Shown one piece after another: positions 53,677 to 64,000 of a stretch of 64,000 nucleotides of DNA. Position 1 is the stretch's first letter. Each line of letters starts with the position of its first letter. The notes under the pieces are model-generated. The model was not told the origin of the DNA, searched no databases, and worked only from the letters and a program-made list of their open reading frames with translations. The DNA lies in NCBI GenBank assembly GCA_051971635.1, contig JBFPLN010000006.1, positions 1 through 64,000 on the forward strand. Reading direction: 5' to 3'. The position numbers were made by a program, and so were the translations under genes. The stretch comes from Candidatus Atelocyanobacterium thalassae (lineage in GTDB: Bacteria > Cyanobacteriota > Cyanobacteriia > Cyanobacteriales > Microcystaceae).

Positions 53677-54822
53677 TCAATTCTTGCTGTAATCATATAA
53701 AGTTTTTCTTTGTTGATGATAACGATTAATAGATTCAATAACTTGTTGAATTTTTTTTACAGATATGTAAGTGCCGTTCGTAGCTCCGGCCATAGCTGAA
53801 ATATTTTCTTCCATTAAAGTTCCACCAATATCATTACAACCCCAATTTAAAGCTTCAGTGGCTTTAGATAAACCTAATTTCACCCAGCTTGGTTGATGAT
53901 TAGGTATCCATTTCCCTAAAAAAATTCTTGATACGGCCGTAAGTAAAAAGATTTTATCAAAATCAAGTTCTCGAACTTGTAGGGAATTATGGGGAAAATT
54001 AGGAATGTTTTTACCAATGAAAGGTAAAAGAATAAACTCTGTAATCTTAGCAGGATATTTTTGTTCAATAGATTTTTGTTGCAATTTTCTTAAACGGCTT
54101 AAATGTTCTACCTGTTGATTTATGTTTTCGATATGACCACATAGCATTGTGCTAGTAGTATATATTCCTAATGAATGAGCTAAACTAATAATTTTAATCC
54201 ATGTGTCACTATTAATTTTTTCAGGGCAGATCTTATTCCTTACTTCATCACTCAGAACTTCAGCAGCAGTTCCTGGTATAGAATCTAAGCCAGAGTTTTT
54301 CAGCGCTATTATCGTATCTGCGTAACTTAGTTTATCTTCTTTAGAGATGAATGCTATTTCTTGAGGAGAAAATGCATGTATATGAATCTGAGGAAATTTC
54401 TTTTTGATAATTATCATTATTTTCTGATAATATTTTAAAGAACTTTTTTCTATTTTAAGATTTGGATTTAGGGCACCTTGGATACAAACTTCGGTAGCTC
54501 CTTTTTGTACAGCATTAGATACTTTTTGAATAATATTTTCTAGATTAAGAACATATGAATCTCTATCTTTTAAGTTGCGTCTAAACGCACAAAAACAACA
54601 ATGTTGTTCACAAATATTAGTAAAATTTATATTATGATTCATAACATAAGTTACGATATCTCCAACCTGTTTTTTTCGAAGATGATCGGCTGATTGACGT
54701 ATTTTACCAATTAGGTGCTTATTAGTTTGAGAGAGAAGAGTAATTGCATCATCTTCCGACAAATCAGTGTCGCTATCTACTTTTCTCAAAATATCTGCTA
54801 TCGTATTTTCTTGATATAGCAT
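53677..54822 (-). CDS. cofH: FO synthase subunit CofH (radical SAM)
   Basis: NINFTNICEQHCCFCAF (CxxxCxxC), HAFSPQE, PGTAAEVL, SWVKLG, GGTLMEE. Confidence 0.87.
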   Translation of the reverse strand: MLYQENTIADILRKVDSDTDLSEDDAITLLSQTNKHLIGKIRQSADHLRKKQVGDIVTYVMNHNINFTNICEQHCCFCAFRRNLKDRDSYVLNLENIIQKVSNAVQKGATEVCIQGALNPNLKIEKSSLKYYQKIMIIIKKKFPQIHIHAFSPQEIAFISKEDKLSYADTIIALKNSGLDSIPGTAAEVLSDEVRNKICPEKINSDTWIKIISLAHSLGIYTTSTMLCGHIENINQQVEHLSRLRKLQQKSIEQKYPAKITEFILLPFIGKNIPNFPHNSLQVRELDFDKIFLLTAVSRIFLGKWIPNHQPSWVKLGLSKATEALNWGCNDIGGTLMEENISAMAGATNGTYISVKKIQQVIESINRYHQQRKTLYDYSKN

Positions 54823-55072
54823 TAATTAATCACATTTTTACTATATGAGAATTTTAGGAAAAAACAAGTTTATTATTGGAATATATATTACTTAATAATA
54901 GTTAGAACAATGAAATACACACTACAAAGAAAGCTTTTGATACAAGAATATATCATACCATCCTGAATACAATTAGCTTAAATTATATTTTATAAAGTTG
55001 TTAACTATATTATTTTTACGATAAATAGCAATTACTGCTATTATTATTTCTAATTTAGAATGAAGGGTACTC

Positions 55073-56077
55073 GTGTTAAATAATAAACCTACGATTTTAG
55101 TTACAGGAGGGGCTGGATACATCGGTTCTCATGTGGCTTTATTGCTTAAAAAAGCAGGATATGAAGTTCTTATCCTTGATAATCTTTCTTTCGGTCATCC
55201 TGAAATTGTTACAGATGTTCTAAACATTGAGTTAATTATTGGAGACACTAATGATCGTCTTTTATTAGATCAAATTTTTACGACAAGGAACATCTCTGCT
55301 GTAATGCACTTTGCCGCTTTTCTTGCAGTGGGAGAATCAGTTTATAATCCAGCTATTTATTATAAAAATAACGTAGTAGGAACCTTAACTCTTTTAGAAG
55401 CAATGGTTGCCGCTAATGTTAGCAAACTCATTTTTTCTTCTACTTGTTCCATTTATGGAATATCTAATGATATTCCCATAACAGAAACCCATCCTAATAA
55501 TCCCTTAAATCCATATGCTTCAAGTAAATATATGGTTGAACAAATATTAAAAGATTTTGATAGAGCCTATGATTTAAAATCTGTAGTTTTTCGGTATTTC
55601 AACGCAGCAGGAGCTGATCCCTCTGGTAACTTAGGCGAAGACCATACACCTGAAGTCCATTTAATTCCGTTAGCATTATTTACAGCTTTAAAGAAGAGAG
55701 AATATCTTACCATCTTCGGCACGGATTATAATACTCCTGATGGTACTGCAATTAGAGATTATATTCATGTTAGCGATTTAGCAACAGCTCATATTCTTGG
55801 TTTAGAATATTTACTTAGTGGAGGGAAAAGCGATATGTTTAATTTAGGAAATGGCAATGGATTTTCTGTACGAGAAGTAATTGATGTAGTGAAAAAGATT
55901 ACTAATGTAGATTTTTCAGTCAAAGAAGGTAATCGCCGCCAAGGAGACGCACCTATTCTAGTAGGAAGTGGAAATAAGATCCAATACAAACTAAATTGGA
56001 AACCACAATATTCTAATTTAGAAACTATAGTTGATCACGCTTGGAAATGGCATAGTAAAAGACATGGAATAATATAA
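55073..56077 (+). CDS. galE: UDP-glucose 4-epimerase
   Basis: GGAGYIGSH, HFAA, YASSK, RYFNAAGA, DGTAIRDYIHV. Confidence 0.95.
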   Translation: MLNNKPTILVTGGAGYIGSHVALLLKKAGYEVLILDNLSFGHPEIVTDVLNIELIIGDTNDRLLLDQIFTTRNISAVMHFAAFLAVGESVYNPAIYYKNNVVGTLTLLEAMVAANVSKLIFSSTCSIYGISNDIPITETHPNNPLNPYASSKYMVEQILKDFDRAYDLKSVVFRYFNAAGADPSGNLGEDHTPEVHLIPLALFTALKKREYLTIFGTDYNTPDGTAIRDYIHVSDLATAHILGLEYLLSGGKSDMFNLGNGNGFSVREVIDVVKKITNVDFSVKEGNRRQGDAPILVGSGNKIQYKLNWKPQYSNLETIVDHAWKWHSKRHGII

Positions 56078-56191
56078 AATAGAAAAATTTAAATAGCTAT
56101 AAGACCTATCTAAATTCTATCCTTTTTAAAGTTTAATTTTTATTACTGATACAAGATATTTTAAAAGCAACTCTTTATTTATTAATATTTC

Positions 56192-56232
56192 AAGATGTAT
56201 AACCTATTTATATTAAATAGGTTATACATCTT
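56192..56232. terminator. Perfect 19-bp inverted repeat between convergent galE and acsF
   Basis: AAGATGTATAACCTATTTA-TAT-TAAATAGGTTATACATCTT. Confidence 0.75.
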
Positions 56233-56246
56233 AAAACTAAAACACT

Positions 56247-57323
56247 TTAATGTATAGTTCCTTGCAAATGTTCAGTACTAATCGGTTTCATCAGATATAA
56301 CTTGATAAGTTGAGTTACATTAGATATTAGGACTGGTAATTTTCTTAAAGACTTTAAAACATAGGGTTGTTTACTAGAATCTATTTCTCTTAATTTAGCA
56401 TTATTACTAACACATATTTCTAGACCTTCATAAAATTTAGGATCCTTAAGATTTAATATTACTGGAAAAACTCGCCCAGCCACTTCATTGGTTTTTGCGA
56501 TCACGTACTTATCATAGTCCCGAGCATTTAGGCCAATAGCTGAATAAAAATCACTTCTTTGAACATCATTGAAATACATAGTTGCAAATACTGATAATAA
56601 GAAAAAGCGACACCATAGGCGGGCTTTCCAATTATTCAATATTTCAGGATTTGCTTTCATAATTGCATCAAAAAAATCTCCATGCCGATTTTCATCTTGG
56701 CACCAGTTTTCAAAAAAATTAAAGATAGGATATATTTTGTTTTCAGGATTATTTTCTAAATGGCGATAAATTGTAATGTAACGCCAATAACCAATTTTTT
56801 CTGATAGATAAGTTGCATAGAAAATAAACTTAGGTTGAAAAAAAGTATAGCTACGACTTTTAGTTAAAAATCCTAAGTCTAGAGTCATATTAAAGTCTGA
56901 CAAAGCTTTGTTTAAAAATCCAGCATGTCGTGCTTCATCTCGAGACATTAACAAAAAACATTCTGCAAGAATAGGGTTTTTGTTTTTTAAACGTCGTCCC
57001 AGTTCTTTGTAGAGTAGAAAACCTGAAAATTCAGCTGTGCATGAACGCTCTAAAAATTCAATAAATAACTTACGAGTATCGTCGTCAAAATGATCCCATG
57101 TTTGAGAAAACTCTTCACGTCGAATAAAATGATAGCGATTATAATCTTTACGAAACTCTTCGAGAATAGCCTTTAATTCTTCTTCATTAATTGAAATATC
57201 CATTTTGGCTAACGCTTCAAAATCAGTCGTATAGAAGCGAGGAGTTAAAAGAGTCTCTTTTGCGGGAGATTTAATATTTGGATGTAATTCTTTGGATTTA
57301 GGTTTTTGAAGAGTATTTACCAT
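56247..57323 (-). CDS. acsF: Mg-protoporphyrin IX monomethyl ester oxidative cyclase
   Basis: [23 protein letters not shown], di-iron DEARH and DENRH motifs. Confidence 0.97.
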   Translation of the reverse strand: MVNTLQKPKSKELHPNIKSPAKETLLTPRFYTTDFEALAKMDISINEEELKAILEEFRKDYNRYHFIRREEFSQTWDHFDDDTRKLFIEFLERSCTAEFSGFLLYKELGRRLKNKNPILAECFLLMSRDEARHAGFLNKALSDFNMTLDLGFLTKSRSYTFFQPKFIFYATYLSEKIGYWRYITIYRHLENNPENKIYPIFNFFENWCQDENRHGDFFDAIMKANPEILNNWKARLWCRFFLLSVFATMYFNDVQRSDFYSAIGLNARDYDKYVIAKTNEVAGRVFPVILNLKDPKFYEGLEICVSNNAKLREIDSSKQPYVLKSLRKLPVLISNVTQLIKLYLMKPISTEHLQGTIH

Positions 57324-57889
57324 AAGTTATTTTAAAGATTTTTTGTGATTCAATCATAGACCTAGCACTTTTAAGGTAATGAAATTACCATTATTCTTAT
57401 GAAGAATATACGAATAAAAAGCTGAGATTACAGTGTAACAGGATTAAGAGCATTAAGAAATATTGTTTATGTCAAGAATTACAACATATTATCAATTTTT
57501 ATTAAGAAAAATAGGTTTTTAGTTAATTATTTATACTTTATTAAATATTTAAGAAAATTATACTTTATTTGCTAAATATCGTAACTATATTTCTAGCACT
57601 CTCATGTTATTTATCTCGAGTAATATCAATATAGTATTTTTACCCGATAGATATTTGACTGTAAAAATCTGAAAATCAATAGGTCAAGTATACATAAATT
57701 AAATTATAATTTCTATAATGGTATTTAATATTTAGTTTCTTTTTATAAGAAGTCTTCTTTGCCAGAAAATATAGATAGAAAAGACTATAACCAATTCTTT
57801 AACATGGTTATTCCAATTCTAATAGAATAAATTCTACAATAAATAATTAATCGTAGAACTTTACAATGATTTTTAGATAACTTTTTGAA

Positions 57890-58534
57890 ATGAGCTCAAA
57901 CTTTAACCAAAGTCTACGACTAATCCCCATGTTATCAGGTAGTTTGGGTAGCGTACTACTAGTAATTAATCGCTTCACAACAATACAAATAACTGATTCT
58001 CAAGCAAGATCTGATGTTGTCGGAATTATTTTGAGCGGAGTATTGGTTCTTGTTGGATTACTTTGGCAACAAATTCAAACAAAATCACCAAATGCTGTTG
58101 TTCTAATAGGAGAAGAAAAAATTGAGTTTAGACCCCATTTAGACGAAGAAACAAAAATAGATTTAGCTTGGGCATCTCATCTTATACTAAATAACACTGT
58201 TACTAAATCTATGATTATTTATTATAAAAAAGATATCCTCCTGCGTCGGGGTATCTTAGGAAAAAATGATGAAGTTATTCCAGGCAAAATATTAAATAAA
58301 GTTTTTCAAGAACAGAGACCAATTTATTTAGTTAATCTTGAACTATATCCAGGAAAAATTGAATTTGATTATTTACCAATAAATACACAGGGTGTTATTT
58401 GTCAGCCTTTGGGAGAAAATGGAGTGATGATTCTTGGTACTAACGTTGCTCGTAGCTATACCAAACAAGATGAAAATTGGATCGAAGGTATTGCTGATAA
58501 AATAGCTTTAACCTTACAAAAAAAACTAGGTTAA
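57890..58534 (+). CDS. CCB2/CCB4-like cytochrome b6 heme assembly factor (DUF2930)
   Basis: LLVINR, SQARSD, LAWASH, YPGKIEFDYLP.NTQGVICQP, RSYTKQDENWI. Confidence 0.8.
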   Translation: MSSNFNQSLRLIPMLSGSLGSVLLVINRFTTIQITDSQARSDVVGIILSGVLVLVGLLWQQIQTKSPNAVVLIGEEKIEFRPHLDEETKIDLAWASHLILNNTVTKSMIIYYKKDILLRRGILGKNDEVIPGKILNKVFQEQRPIYLVNLELYPGKIEFDYLPINTQGVICQPLGENGVMILGTNVARSYTKQDENWIEGIADKIALTLQKKLG

Positions 58535-58544
58535 TTTATCAAGG

Positions 58545-58568
58545 AATAGTAAGGTTAATCTTACTATT
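58545..58568. terminator. Short hairpin between convergent genes
   Basis: AATAGTAAG-GTTAAT-CTTACTATT. Confidence 0.5.
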
Positions 58569-58651
58569 TAATTTATGTAAAACAACCTTTAACCACGATA
58601 GCTACTTTATCCAATGTTATTTTTAAGCTGATATATAAATATATTCATTGA

Positions 58652-60481
58652 TTATTCATGTTTCATTATTTGTAACTGATATAAATTCTTATATAACCCT
58701 TTTTGTTTAATTAAATTTTGATGATTTCCTGATTGAATTATCTTACCTTGTTTTAGAACTAATATTTTATCAACATCTTTAATAGTTGATAGTCTATGAG
58801 CAATGATAAGTCCTGTTCTATTAATCAATAGTTGCTTTAATGCTTTTTGTATTAAAGCTTCGGTCTTTACGTCTAAACTAGCTGTAGCTTCGTCTAATAC
58901 TAAAATATTTGGATTACGAATAGCAATCCTAGCAAAAGCTAATAATTGTTTTTCTCCTTTAGAAAGATTAGTCCCTTTTTCTTTTATTATCGTATGGTAT
59001 CCTTCAGGAAATTTTTCAATCAATTGATCTGTATTAGTTGATTTTGCCGCTTTTTTTACCTCTTCTAAAGAATATTTTTCTCCTAGAGTTATATTTCTTT
59101 TAATATCACCAGCAAATAAGAAATTTTCCTGTAAGATTATTCCAATATATTTTCTAAGTTCCTGTTTAGAGATGTATCTACTATCAATTCCATCAATCAA
59201 AATTTTTCCATGAGTAGGTTCATATAGACGTGACAAAAGCCTTATTATTGAACTTTTTCCAGATCCTGTCGGTCCTACTAAAGCAATTTTTTCTCCTGGA
59301 GAGATCTTAAAATTTAAGTTTTTAAGAATAAAATCATTTTTCCTGTATCCAAACCAGACATTATCAAAAATAATTTCGCCTATTTTTTTGTTATTATTTT
59401 TAGCAATTGAAAAATTTATATTTGTTTTACTTTCTTTTATCTCTATAGGTTCTTGCATTAGTTCTGTAATACGTTCAATTGCAGTAAACCCAGACTGAAA
59501 TGTAGTAAATTTATCAGCAAATTGACGTAAAGGATTAAATAATCGCTGAGCGTACAAAATAAATGCAGACAAAGTACCAAAATTGATACTAGTATTCATT
59601 ATACCAATACCTCCCAACAGAAGAACTGTTGCAATCGCCACTAAACTTATCCATTCTAAAGTAGCAGAAACTGCTGAATCATGAAAAATTGTCTTACTCG
59701 TTGCCTGACGATAATTTTTATTTATGTCTTTAAACAAGTCGCTATTAAAGTTCTCTCTTCGAAAAATTTGAACTACATTAATACCTGAAATATTTTCTTG
59801 TATCATTGAATTTAATTCAGATAATTTTTCTCTTGACCGATAATTTGCCCTACGATACTGTTTTTGAAAATATACTACTAATCCTGCTACAGGAATTATC
59901 ATAAATAAAAGCACTAAAGCCATTTTTATATCTAGCGTAAGCATCGTAATTATAATTGCTAAGATATAAACTGAATCACTAATAATGCCAATTCCACCAC
60001 TAGCAAAAATATTACCTAAAGCCTCTACATCACTAGTCAAACGGGTAATTAAGTTACCTATCGGAGTCCTGTTAAAAAAACTGCTTTCTAAAGAAATAAC
60101 ATGGCTATACAAGTCTTTCCTGATATCAGCTGTGATGTTTTGTCCTAACTTCTGAACAATAAATCCCTGGATAGAAGAACAAACTAAGCGAATAATTATT
60201 GTGGATAATAGTAAAATTATCAGCAACTGTAACCCTTGTTCTAAAGATAATATTTCTATAAAGTTCCAAGTTGCTTCTTGACGTGATAAGGAGATTGCTT
60301 GTCCTACCAGAAGTGGCTGTATAGCACCTGCTATAGACAAAGGTATCAATAAAAATATCGACGATAATAGTAAACCAGGATATGAAAGAACATAAGGCAA
60401 TAATTTAAAAATTAAATTCTCACTATGTTTTCGTGGACTTATAGCAGATTTTTTGAATCGTAATTTAGAAGAAACAATCAT
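58652..60481 (-). CDS. ABC exporter, fused TMD-NBD half-transporter (MdlB-like)
   Basis: RLTSDV, GPTGSGKS, LSKGEKQ, LDEATA, IAHRLST. Confidence 0.92.
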   Translation of the reverse strand: MIVSSKLRFKKSAISPRKHSENLIFKLLPYVLSYPGLLLSSIFLLIPLSIAGAIQPLLVGQAISLSRQEATWNFIEILSLEQGLQLLIILLLSTIIIRLVCSSIQGFIVQKLGQNITADIRKDLYSHVISLESSFFNRTPIGNLITRLTSDVEALGNIFASGGIGIISDSVYILAIIITMLTLDIKMALVLLFMIIPVAGLVVYFQKQYRRANYRSREKLSELNSMIQENISGINVVQIFRRENFNSDLFKDINKNYRQATSKTIFHDSAVSATLEWISLVAIATVLLLGGIGIMNTSINFGTLSAFILYAQRLFNPLRQFADKFTTFQSGFTAIERITELMQEPIEIKESKTNINFSIAKNNNKKIGEIIFDNVWFGYRKNDFILKNLNFKISPGEKIALVGPTGSGKSSIIRLLSRLYEPTHGKILIDGIDSRYISKQELRKYIGIILQENFLFAGDIKRNITLGEKYSLEEVKKAAKSTNTDQLIEKFPEGYHTIIKEKGTNLSKGEKQLLAFARIAIRNPNILVLDEATASLDVKTEALIQKALKQLLINRTGLIIAHRLSTIKDVDKILVLKQGKIIQSGNHQNLIKQKGLYKNLYQLQIMKHE

Positions 60482-60542
60482 ATATGAACATAACGTATAT
60501 TTATTACCGTTTTTTAAGCTAATACTTAATAAATGTTACTAA

Positions 60543-61970
60543 TCAAGATAAGTTTATATTATTTACTGAATTTGGTATTAAAATTTGGTAATTATTAATT
60601 TTTTCCAGTTGAGCAGCTACACGAATTAGAACTAGTTCATCAGCAGGCTTTCCTACTAGTTGGATTCCAACCGGCAATCCTTTATCGTCGTATCCCATAG
60701 GTAAACTTATAACAGGTAATCCACTAGCATTAAATGCTGGGCAAGGAGATATCCAATTAATAATTTTATCTAAAGTCTTTTCAGGCGGTAGGTTAGACCA
60801 TTCTCCAACTTTTATAGGTTGATGCAAGTAAATAGGTAAAATTAGAATATCAAAGGTATCAAAAAAACTGATTAATTTACGAGAAAAGATTTGTATTTTA
60901 TGAACTGCTTGTAAATATTCTCCTGCTGTTACAGTACGTTGTTGTAACCAAATATTTAATGGACTTAAAATATTTAATGGTAATCCAGCTGCTTCGACTC
61001 CTGATTGCCAAATGACTGTAAATGGATCGATCAAGGCCTCTACCGAAGGACATTTCTCTTCTAAATTATGCCCTAAAGACTCCAGAAGTAGAGCAGCTTT
61101 TTGAATTGTTTTTTTGATAATTAATTCAGTTTCTAAGAAAGGCAGAATTTGATGGGAAAAGGCAATAGTTAAAGGCTTAGAGATTTGCTTAGTAGCTTCT
61201 AGAAAAGAGGTTTTAGGTGTAGGCAACCAATATGGATCTCCTTTGGTATAGCCTGCCATTATATCTAACAAAGCTGCAGCATCACTCACTGTACGTGCTA
61301 TAGGACCATTACTAGAAATTCCACTTTGATAATCTCCAACAGGAGAATTAGATACTCTTCCTCTGGAAGGTTTTATTCCGACTAGTCCACAACAACCAGC
61401 TGGTCCTCGAATTGATCCACCTCCATCAGATCCCTGAGCGATAGGACACATTCCTGAAGCAACAGCAGCAGCTGAACCACCACTTGATCCTCCTGATGTA
61501 TAATCTAAATTCCAAGGATTCCTAGAGGGTAAAAAGCCTGGAGGTTCTGTATATGGGAATGATCCTAATTGAGAAGTTGCTGTCTTACCCAAAATTATAA
61601 ACCCAGCGTTTTTTAAACGTTTGGTAACTTCATCATCATAACTAGCAATATTATTTTTAAGAGCAGCTATACCATAAGATAAAGGCATACCTACTACAGA
61701 GTTGAGATCCTTTATCCCAATAGGAACCCCAAAAAAAGGAGGAAGATAGTCTAGTTTAGATATAGTTTTTAATTGTTTCGTCTTTAGTTCAGCATCTTTG
61801 AGAGCATTGCTTTTTGCAACAAAGAAAAAGCTTCCTAATTTTGAATTATATTTTTCAATTCGTTCTAAAAATAATTGAGTTAAATCTAAAGGTGTAATTT
61901 GACGATTTAGAATTAGCTTAGCCAATTCTAAGGCAGGAGTAAAAGCTAAATCAATATCAATTGAACTCAT
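60543..61970 (-). CDS. Amidase signature family protein
   Basis: GVPIGIKD, GGSSGGSAAAV, GSDGGGSIRGP (Ser-cisSer-Lys triad present). Confidence 0.9.
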   Translation of the reverse strand: MSSIDIDLAFTPALELAKLILNRQITPLDLTQLFLERIEKYNSKLGSFFFVAKSNALKDAELKTKQLKTISKLDYLPPFFGVPIGIKDLNSVVGMPLSYGIAALKNNIASYDDEVTKRLKNAGFIILGKTATSQLGSFPYTEPPGFLPSRNPWNLDYTSGGSSGGSAAAVASGMCPIAQGSDGGGSIRGPAGCCGLVGIKPSRGRVSNSPVGDYQSGISSNGPIARTVSDAAALLDIMAGYTKGDPYWLPTPKTSFLEATKQISKPLTIAFSHQILPFLETELIIKKTIQKAALLLESLGHNLEEKCPSVEALIDPFTVIWQSGVEAAGLPLNILSPLNIWLQQRTVTAGEYLQAVHKIQIFSRKLISFFDTFDILILPIYLHQPIKVGEWSNLPPEKTLDKIINWISPCPAFNASGLPVISLPMGYDDKGLPVGIQLVGKPADELVLIRVAAQLEKINNYQILIPNSVNNINLS

Positions 61971-62237
61971 TTGTAATAAATACTAAATATCTTATAATTT
62001 ATAGGATGTCTGATTTAAAACTAGTATTTTATATCAATATGTTACTACAGCATACTAATTTAGTATTTTTGATACTTTCTACATAGTTTATTAGTAAATC
62101 TTATTTTATTGACAAAATGAATATTTTTCTAGCTTTATGGTGCTTGAACAATATTTATTAAAATTTAGTAATAAGAAGATTCATAAATATGATCCTATGT
62201 CACACTATAGTATTAACTAAGTTTTTTGTCCTGACAT

Positions 62238-63368
62238 ATGACTTCATCTACCTATAAAGTTTGTATTACTCTAGGAACTCGTCCGGAAGCGATAAAACTT
62301 GCTCCTTTAATAAAAAAATTTCAAAGTTCAGAAGCACTTACCACCTACGTTATTTTAACAGGACAACATCAAGAGATGGTGAGACAAGTCATGAAGTTAT
62401 TTAATATTGAAGCAAATGAAGATTTAAAAATAATGCAACCTGATCAAAGTCTTACTGACATTACTTGTCGTAGCTTAAGGGGACTAGAAGAAATTTTTAT
62501 CAAAATTAATCCTCAATTCGTTATTGTTCAAGGAGATACTACTACTTCTTTTGCAGCAAGTTTGGCAGCTTTTTATCAAAAAATACCTATTGGTCATGTA
62601 GAAGCAGGCTTAAGAACAGATAATATCTATAATCCTTATCCAGAAGAGGCCAATCGTCGCTTAATTTCTCAGCTTGCTCAGTTGCATTTTGCACCAACCT
62701 CCTTAGCTTTAGAAAATTTAAAACGTTCTAATATTACAGGAGAAGCATATTTAACCGGAAATACTGTTGTTGATGCTTTGTTAGATGTTGCTGAAAAATT
62801 TCCTGATTGTAATATTAGCAATTTAGACTGGAACCAATATGATGTTCTTTTAGCGACTGTACATCGAAGAGAAAATTGGGGTACTCCGCTAGAAGATATT
62901 CTTAAAAGCTTCTGTCTTATTCTAGAAAAATTTCCTAATGTTGCTTTCTTAATACCTATGCATCGTAATCCAATTATTAGAAAACCTATTGAAGATACCT
63001 TAGGTAGGCATCCTAGAGTTTTCTTGACTGAACCTTTAGATTATACAGAGTTGATAGGAGCTATTCAAAGATGTTATTTACTATTAACAGATTCTGGTGG
63101 TTTACAAGAAGAAGCACCAAGTCTTGGTAAACCTTTACTAGTATTACGAGATACTACAGAACGTCCAGAAGCCGTTGAGGCTGGTACTGCTACTTTAGTA
63201 GGTACTGATCCTAGTAAAATTTTAATGAAAGTTGACGAACTGCTTACGAATAAACTAATGTATGCAGAAATGGCTAATAAAGTTAATCCTTTTGGGGATG
63301 GACAGTCTAGTCGTAAAATTTTAGAAATCGTTCAAAATTTTTTAAAAAAACATAGTTCATCTAAATAA
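62238..63368 (+). CDS. wecB: UDP-N-acetylglucosamine 2-epimerase (non-hydrolysing)
   Basis: GTRPEAIK, TGQH, QGDT, HVEAGLR, HRREN, DSGGLQEEAP. Confidence 0.96.
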   Translation: MTSSTYKVCITLGTRPEAIKLAPLIKKFQSSEALTTYVILTGQHQEMVRQVMKLFNIEANEDLKIMQPDQSLTDITCRSLRGLEEIFIKINPQFVIVQGDTTTSFAASLAAFYQKIPIGHVEAGLRTDNIYNPYPEEANRRLISQLAQLHFAPTSLALENLKRSNITGEAYLTGNTVVDALLDVAEKFPDCNISNLDWNQYDVLLATVHRRENWGTPLEDILKSFCLILEKFPNVAFLIPMHRNPIIRKPIEDTLGRHPRVFLTEPLDYTELIGAIQRCYLLLTDSGGLQEEAPSLGKPLLVLRDTTERPEAVEAGTATLVGTDPSKILMKVDELLTNKLMYAEMANKVNPFGDGQSSRKILEIVQNFLKKHSSSK

Positions 63369-63418
63369 AATTTAATCTTTTTGAGCTTAATTTTCTTTTT
63401 ATTCTTTTAATTTTAATA

Positions 63419-64000
63419 ATGTTAGTAATTTATAACACTTTAACCCAAGCGAAAGAACCTTTTATAACTCTTGAAAAGGCAAAAGTAAAGATGTATTGTT
63501 GTGGCATTACTACCTATGACTACTGCCACCTAGGTCATGCTAGAACCTGTATTATTTGGGATATAGTAAGAGGATATTTACAATGGATTGGCTATAAAGT
63601 TAAATATGTTCAAAACTTCACAGATGTAGACGATAAAATATTGAATCGCGCAGCAAAAGAGAAAACAACAATGGAAAAGGTCTCAGAGAAGTTTATTCAT
63701 GCCTATTTCGAAGATATGGAACATCTTCATGTTCAAAAGGCTGATGCTTATCCTCGAGTGACTCATGTAGTTAAAGATATCCAAGACTTGATCAAGAAAC
63801 TAGAGGAAAACGGATACGCGTACACTTCAGAAGGAGATGTTTACTTTGATATTAGAAGTTTTGAAGATTATGGTAAGTTATCAGGGCGCAAATTAGAAGA
63901 TCTAAAAACAGATGCCAGCGGTAGAATCTCTTCGAAAAACGTCCAAGGTGGTACAAAAAGACACTCTGCCGATTTTGCAGTGTGGAAAAAAGCTAAACCA
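63419..64000 (+). CDS. cysS: Cysteine--tRNA ligase, 5' part (runs off window; not in ORF track)
   Basis: Hand translation MLVIYNTLTQAKEPF...MYCCGITTYDYCHLGHAR...NFTDVDDKI...DFAVWKK. Confidence 0.96.
   Translation, partial: MLVIYNTLTQAKEPFITLEKAKVKMYCCGITTYDYCHLGHARTCIIWDIVRGYLQWIGYKVKYVQNFTDVDDKILNRAAKEKTTMEKVSEKFIHAYFEDMEHLHVQKADAYPRVTHVVKDIQDLIKKLEENGYAYTSEGDVYFDIRSFEDYGKLSGRKLEDLKTDASGRISSKNVQGGTKRHSADFAVWKKAKP

Noticed and set aside
60543..61970. gatA assignment for the amidase
   Set aside because: Has GSDGGGSIRGP rather than the GSDTGGSIRQP typical of GatA and lacks other GatA blocks; left as a generic amidase

Overview
AT-rich (roughly 30% GC by eye, not computed) chromosome segment of a unicellular cyanobacterium, made almost entirely of scattered housekeeping genes. 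I saw no IS elements, CRISPR array, prophage or rRNA. The Crocosphaera/Cyanothece-like proteins, strong AT drift, near-absence of HIP1 octamers and intact chlorophyll and cytochrome b6f assembly genes (acsF, CCB factors) suggest a genome-reduced symbiont such as UCYN-A (Ca. Atelocyanobacterium); this is inference only. Contents: 5 tRNAs, recA, ndhAIGE, a heptose/glycosyltransferase cluster, ald, mutS2, accD, two sensor kinases, peptide ABC components, rpoC1, deoC, tic22, smc, ispE, hisS, aspS, ftsW, cofH, galE, acsF, an amidase, wecB and the start of cysS. Three things stand out. (1) An intact stand-alone sxtI-sxtJ-sxtK-like carbamoyltransferase module, whose 53-aa third gene is missing from the ORF track. 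(2) A full-length DeoC that appears to have lost its Schiff-base lysine (K->E) and catalytic aspartate (D->N). (3) Unusually long near-perfect intergenic inverted repeats, with arms up to 33 bp.
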